DNA of 56,234 bases, filler included, from Dugesia japonica (taxonomy: Eukaryota): assembly GCA_001938525.1 (NCBI GenBank). It is 5 parts of 5 records of this genome, joined end to end, with 100 filler letters (N's around TTAATTAATTAA, not from the genome) between each part and the next. Parts side by side here need not be neighbours in the genome. Positions count along the whole stretch, not along the records: positions 47,733 to 56,234 come from MQRL01577737.1; 4 more parts are not named here. One strand, given 5' to 3'. Shown piece after piece: positions 50,263-56,234 of this stretch; the stretch's first letter is position 1; each line of letters opens with the position of its first letter. The position numbers were made by a program, and so were the translations under genes. The notes under the pieces are model-generated. The model was given only the letters and a program-made list of their open reading frames with translations. It was not told the DNA's origin and searched no databases.

Positions 50263-51974
50263 ACGCAATAGTTATTTTAATAATTTTCTTGAAATATTTT
50301 AAATTTCAAAAACATTATAAATATTTTAATTGCGCATATAAATTTGAAATCAAACAATTCAAATATCATTCTCACAAAGATTAAATTAAAAAACAATAAT
50401 TTTGAATTTCCTACAACAAATCATTCTCGTNNNNNNNNNNNNNNNNNNNNNNNNNNNNNNNNNNNNNNNNATTTGAAACTAATTTTTTAATTACTAAATT
50501 TATATTTTCAAATCTCTAGGTAAATATAACTCGTTCTATGAAAGAATAGATTAAGAAATGCTTTTCATTTTGATATATTTTCATGTAAAATGATTGTTAA
50601 TTAAGTTTCAAATATTTTATTTAATTTACAAACTTATATTTTGTCTATTGTAAAATCTTTAAAGACGAACAAATATATGTAAAAACATTTAAAACTCTAA
50701 AATATAGTTATGTAATTAATACATTCGTATTTGCAATTTTAATGTGAGCAATGTTGGAGCTGTTTGCAGATAAATAAAGAAATGCAATTTGGTTGTTCCA
50801 TACAAAGAAACAATAACTTGATTCAAAATATTTATTTTTCAAACATCAACGAAAAGCTATAGCAATATTAGATTTTTTGACACAGTTTTGTGATTTGGAA
50901 GGCATTAGATATATTGAATAGAATAAAAGAATAAATATTTCTTAAGTTTTTGTTTTTTTTGATTAATTTGATGTGATTAGAATTTTGATTCGTCTTTCTC
51001 TATATGTTTATATCTCTAAATGTTTCTATTGTATGACAGTGTAATGAAGAATAACATTCGAAAAACAGACTAAAATATTATTTCTGACTAAATATTTAAT
51101 TATAATTTGAAATAGATTTATACTATTGGCTATTATTGTTAGATAAATAAACAAATGTAAAATAATAAAACAATTACTTTAATTGCTATATTTTGGGTCA
51201 TACTTTATTTAAATACATTCATTCTATCAATAATTTTCATTATATTTCAATAGAAAAGCAAATAAAAATGTGAGGTATTATTTATTACATAATATTTTTT
51301 TTCTATGTTCTGTTTTTCTTGTTTTTTTCTTTTCAGTTACGATATAATCTATTACTATAAATTTAAATTCATAATTTAAATACTATAAATTACTATAATT
51401 TAAATATAATTTTTGAAACATTTTTAATCCCGGTAAACTATGTTTCTATTCTATTATTCTGCTTTTAGCAAACAATGAATTAATAAACCATATAATTTCC
51501 TTTGTTACTGCATCAGTAGTATTTTATAATGCTATTATGTATAACTTATTAATTTCCTTTAAAATTTAAGTTTCTTGTTATCATACTTTAGTTCTATTTT
51601 TTGCATATCTCTTTAATTTTACGAAATTCAGCAAAATAGATAACGTGAATTGATTATTGAAATAATTAAATAATGGTACATAAAATAAATGAAACAAAAT
51701 AGAACTAAGTAAATTATTAAATTATCTGGAATGTTCTGTTGACTTTTTGAACCTGCTTTATTTTATTAATAAAACTTATTATAAAAGTAAAAATTGTATC
51801 TCTAAATCAAAAAACAAAGAAATATTGAGCTTCTTTAAGTATCAATGAGTTATTTTTAAACAGATATATTTATTGATGTATTTCGGATTAATTATTTTTA
51901 TTATTAATTAATTAATTATTTTTGTTATATAATGTTGGGCTAATTATTTGATTGCAGAGCAAGTAGTCCAGGAG

Positions 51975-52282
51975 TACGGATCATTTCACCATACTCACCC
52001 AATATTGCTTCTTCAGATTACCATTTATTCCGATCATTACAAAATTCCTNNNNNNNNNNNNAGTTTTATTCATTGTAGGCCATACAAACGTACCTAGATG
52101 ACTTTTCTGAACATAGGCCAAAGGATTTCTATTTACGAGAGATTTTTCAGTTGCCCGACAGATGGCAAAAGGTGATTCAAAAGAAAACATCATATTTAGT
52201 TAATTTAAAGTGTTTTAATTCTTCGTACTTTTCACTTAAAATATGTTTGTTAAAATCCACAAAATGTTTCGGATGACCCAAT
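51975..52282 (+). mobile_element. mariner 3' remnant
   Basis: SPYSPNIASSDYHLFRSLQNS; TIR-like TTTCGGATGACCCAATA. Confidence 0.75.
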
Positions 52283-55200
52283 AAATAGAACATAAAATTC
52301 GTAAAATAAACTTGTAATATAATATTATATTGCAATAATTAGTACAAATACGGTGCTCAAACGAATATAAACATATAAAAGTAATTGTATATAGGAATCT
52401 TAANTGTGTATAATAATGTAAAAAATAATCATAAAAAGATAAAAACCTTAATGTATTATATAACAAATTGAGAATAAAAGCTATCAATGATATGTGTATT
52501 CATAAAATAAGAAGTACCGGATGATTTAAATAGATTTGTGAGGTTCAAAAAATGTGTTTGGTTGCATTTTTTTGTATTTAAAAATATTGAAAAAATGTAA
52601 CTATGATTTTAGGGTTCCTCACACTGGGTGCTCGTATCTGAGTCCAAAATCAGTTAATTTCCGGTTGCGGTAAATTAAATGAGTTTGGAATGAATTAATC
52701 TTTATTTCTATCTGTACTTTGTAAGTTCTAAATAGAACTGCGAGATTTTAATTATAATTAGGAAATAATATAAAAATGTAATAATGAATTAAATAACTTT
52801 CAAAAATGTATTATTTAACACAAATAACCAATATCAAAATAAATAAGACTACAAATTTTATATCTAAAATTTACACGTCTTTAATCAGCGTAACCTTATA
52901 AAGTAAAGAGTATACAAGAGCAATTGCACAAAAAGAACCAGACGTTGTCTTTCTCCGTTTTTGGATCAACGTTTATTTAAAAAAATGAATAGAAGGGAAG
53001 TCTTTTAATTACTTAAAAGCAACTAGTCCAGATTTGACAATCTGCGTTTACTTTTATCAATTTTACGTAATGATTTTAATTTTACCTTAACTCGATACTG
53101 TTAATCGAGGAGTTATATTTTACAAGCTTCGTAACGCTTGAAATATAACTTAAAATTTTGATTTTATCAAAATTAAAGTTACCTATTCACCAATAAATTT
53201 ATGAAAAAATTTGTGTTTTATTTTTTTGTGTTTTATCTGATTATCTGGTTGCAATATATAGATATTGTCCAACCAATCAGATTGTATATGTCCAAATTAG
53301 GTGATTTTGATATAAACACCTTTTACCAAATTTGGACATTCTACCAATATCGTATGTGTCTGTTATTAGTCACTGTAATGAAAACAATTCGACGGCCGTA
53401 ACAAAGGCCAATTAAGAAAAATAATTATTTTATTATTATTATTATTTTTTATTTGTTGTTATTATCATTATACATAATATTATTATTATTTTTCTTTTAA
53501 TTCTTATTTTAACTTTATTATTTATTATTACCGAATTATCATTATCTATTTACTCATATTTTGTACTGAATTTAATATTACAATTAATTATCTTATCTTT
53601 ATTTATTTATTTATCTTATCTTTATTAAAATATAAAAGAACATAAAATTGGGGATAGGATTCACACAAACCCTCACAGATTTTTCTATTAATTATCTTAT
53701 GTGTATGCTTTTAGATTAACGATTTTAATTGTGATGCATATATGTCATTCAAATACGACTGAAAATGTCTAGAAGTCTTTACAAAACAATAAAGTTATAA
53801 AAGTGGCATTACATTTACATAAGAATGTTTACAAAATGCATAAGTCATTTCAAAATGTATAGAAGTCCGCAAAGGTTTTGAAATTCCCACGTAAAACATA
53901 GAAATAACAGGTCAGAAAATGCATTTTACGTCATTAGAAAATACCTAAAANTATTTTAGGTTACAAAGATGTTAATATTGATTACATAGAAAACATTTTA
54001 AAATACCTAAAATTCAACCTTGATAACATTTATTTCTCAAATTTCATAGATATCAATACATAAGAGTTGCATGTGTGTGTGTTCATAAATTAAGATGAAA
54101 TATTTCGCTATCTATTCGTCAAACTGATTTGAAAAATATGGTAGANNNNNNNNNNNNNNNNNNNNNNNNNNNNNNNNNNNNNNNNNNNNNNNNNNTTCGC
54201 TATCTATTCGTCAAACTGATTTGAAAAATATGGTAGATGTATTGGTCATCTAATTGCCATTCCATCCAGCTTGACTATAAAATATTAATTTGAATGTATT
54301 TTCATCTATAAAATCAATATGCGCATTTAGCAGCCATTTTGAATGGGAAGAAGTCATTTTACGGTAAAGGTTCTTCAAATAATGTATAGGTAGTATTTAA
54401 TTTAGTAGCGAATGATACCAAAATCGAGTTGATCCGATCTAAATTGTGGGCGGGGCAATTTATCAATGTTTGATCGTTAATAACTTTTTACTGCCATTCT
54501 TGATTGAATCTAGAATTGCATCATAAGATCCGGCGTGTGTTTACTTATCCAGCGATATCATGGCAGTTTATGTTTGACCGTTAAAACTTTAAAATTGAAT
54601 GAATTTTAAAAAAATCAATTAATTAATTTTAAGTATTTGTTAAAAGTCGCGCACATAATTTCATCAATTACAATCGAGTATACTGTACCACTTATAAATA
54701 GTAACAAGGTCTTCACCAATCACAATCTAGTATACTGGGCCACTTTTAAATCAGGTCCAAAGTTTTTCTCGGCAGCATGATTAAAACAAAAAATAAAAAT
54801 AAAATCCAAACCTGTGTATACTAAATCAAGTCCAAAGTTTAGGCCAGTATGATTAAAATAAAAAATTAAATCTAAACTATTGTATTCTTTAGCAGATCAA
54901 AGGTCAAACCCGTACATTTGCACAAGGTCTTAAGGTCAAGTCAACAAATTTCTAGGTCAGTTTAAAGTTCACGCTACTGATTTTCTAAGCCACTTTGCTG
55001 GCGTAGGAAAGGGAGGTGGCCAAGTGCGCAACTATCTCTCTATTCATGTTGTAAAACATTTTATTCTAACATTTAGGGACCCTACTCTACAGCCACTTCG
55101 ATATCAACCAATAGAACTTGAATANAAGATTGGTGAATTGATTGAGCAACTGATGTAAGCAATTTGATGGTAGTTCATGATAAAAAAATGTTTCGGTTAG

Positions 55201-55295
55201 AATGTGCCAAAACTTTAAAATGTTGAATGATTCTACGAAACCGTTTTCATTCACAATTCTAGATCCACAAACCTTGCTTGTTCTTCTTTGTGGTG

Positions 55296-56150
55296 TCAAA
55301 ATATTTTCAACTTTGAATGTGGGACAAGCTTATTATCAATTAGAATTAAACGAAGAACATAAGATTAAAACAGTATTTTCAACAAAAAAGTGACTATATT
55401 GACCATCGTATGTCATTTATGTTATTAACTGCTACAGCTACATTTCAGAAATTGATTCATACAATTTTAGATGTGATTTTATTTAAAAACGTAGTTGTAT
55501 ATATTGATGAAATTTTAATTTTTGCAAATAGTTGAGTAGATTATGATAAAATACTTGAAAATGTATTTCAAAAAATTCAGAATTCTGGTTTCAAAATCAA
55601 TCCAAATATATGTAAAATATATCAAAGTGGATAGTTATTTTTGAGCCATAGATTGAGAAAAAACGGAATGAGGCCTAATTCAGAAAGTATTTGTAATTTC
55701 AAACGCAAAAATATCGAAATAAGAAAATAATGTTCAACTTTAGGCAGGATAAACTATTATTGGAAGTTTTTTATGAATTTATCGTTAATTGCAACAGAAA
55801 GTCATAACCGAGAAATCCAATAGAATAAAGTGTGGAAAACAAGCTTTGTCGAGATCAAACAAGCTGTATATACTGCGCGAATATTATGTTTTTCGGAATC
55901 AAACAACCAGTTCATACTGAATACTAAAAATAGCTTTAGTAGAATCAGTGCAAAATTGATCTAGATTCCAAACGGTTGAGAAGAGGTTAATTCGTACTGC
56001 TCAAGAAAAGATGTCTTCATAAACTGATCACAAGACTTTTTAATTTAATAAGTGTTCACATCAACCGATTACGCCACAATTTTAAGTCTAGATAACCGAA
56101 TTAGCAGAATATGATTTTGAGCTTAAATATAGAAAATGTGGGAAATACGT
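55296..56150 (+). mobile_element. Ty3/Gypsy reverse transcriptase/RNase H remnant
   Basis: KIFSTLNVGQAYYQL..KIKTVFST..ATFQKLI..VVVYIDEILIF (YxDD-like)..GFKINPNICK; many stops and frameshifts. Confidence 0.85.
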
Positions 56151-56234
56151 AAAAGTGTCGTTGTTGGGGAAAAACCAACCATATAACCAACCTTAAATAC
56201 ACATGCACACATACACCTATATACAAACAGAATG

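Noticed and set aside
54103-54237. Direct repeat of about 43 bp
   Set aside because: Same gap-flank overlap artefact.
53700-54960. Degenerate short tandem-like motifs (AAAATGTATAGAAGTC; AAATCAAGTCCAAAGTTT)
   Set aside because: Few, highly diverged copies; probably internal repeats of unidentified transposons.

Overview
AT-rich eukaryotic genomic DNA with many 38-49 nt introns; this fits a free-living flatworm such as a planarian, but that is an inference. The window appears to be five pieces joined by an identical artificial spacer (44 N + TTAATTAATTAA + 44 N), so adjacency across those joins should not be trusted. Host genes, all partial: an EML/EMAP-family WD40 gene (minus, 3374-13402), mitochondrial leucyl-tRNA synthetase LARS2 (plus, 17710-24372) and a MATE/SLC47 transporter (plus, 36586-47116). 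The third piece holds a decayed Maverick/Polinton endogenous virus-like element (about 28854 to beyond 35497) with packaging ATPase, basic protein, small conserved protein, chromodomain integrase and minor capsid. The most unusual observation is an intronless, minimal TATA-binding-protein (TBP)-like gene (31053-31424, minus) head-to-head with the ATPase, together with repeated TATA-containing motifs upstream of several element genes. This suggests an element that encodes its own basal transcription factor. The rest is transposon debris: hAT (Buster/Charlie, Tip100-like, SPIN-like), Chapaev3-like, MULE, Tc1/mariner, Gypsy, an RLE non-LTR element and Penelope-like elements with hammerhead ribozyme motifs. 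All family calls come from manual translation and remembered motifs; no database search was run.
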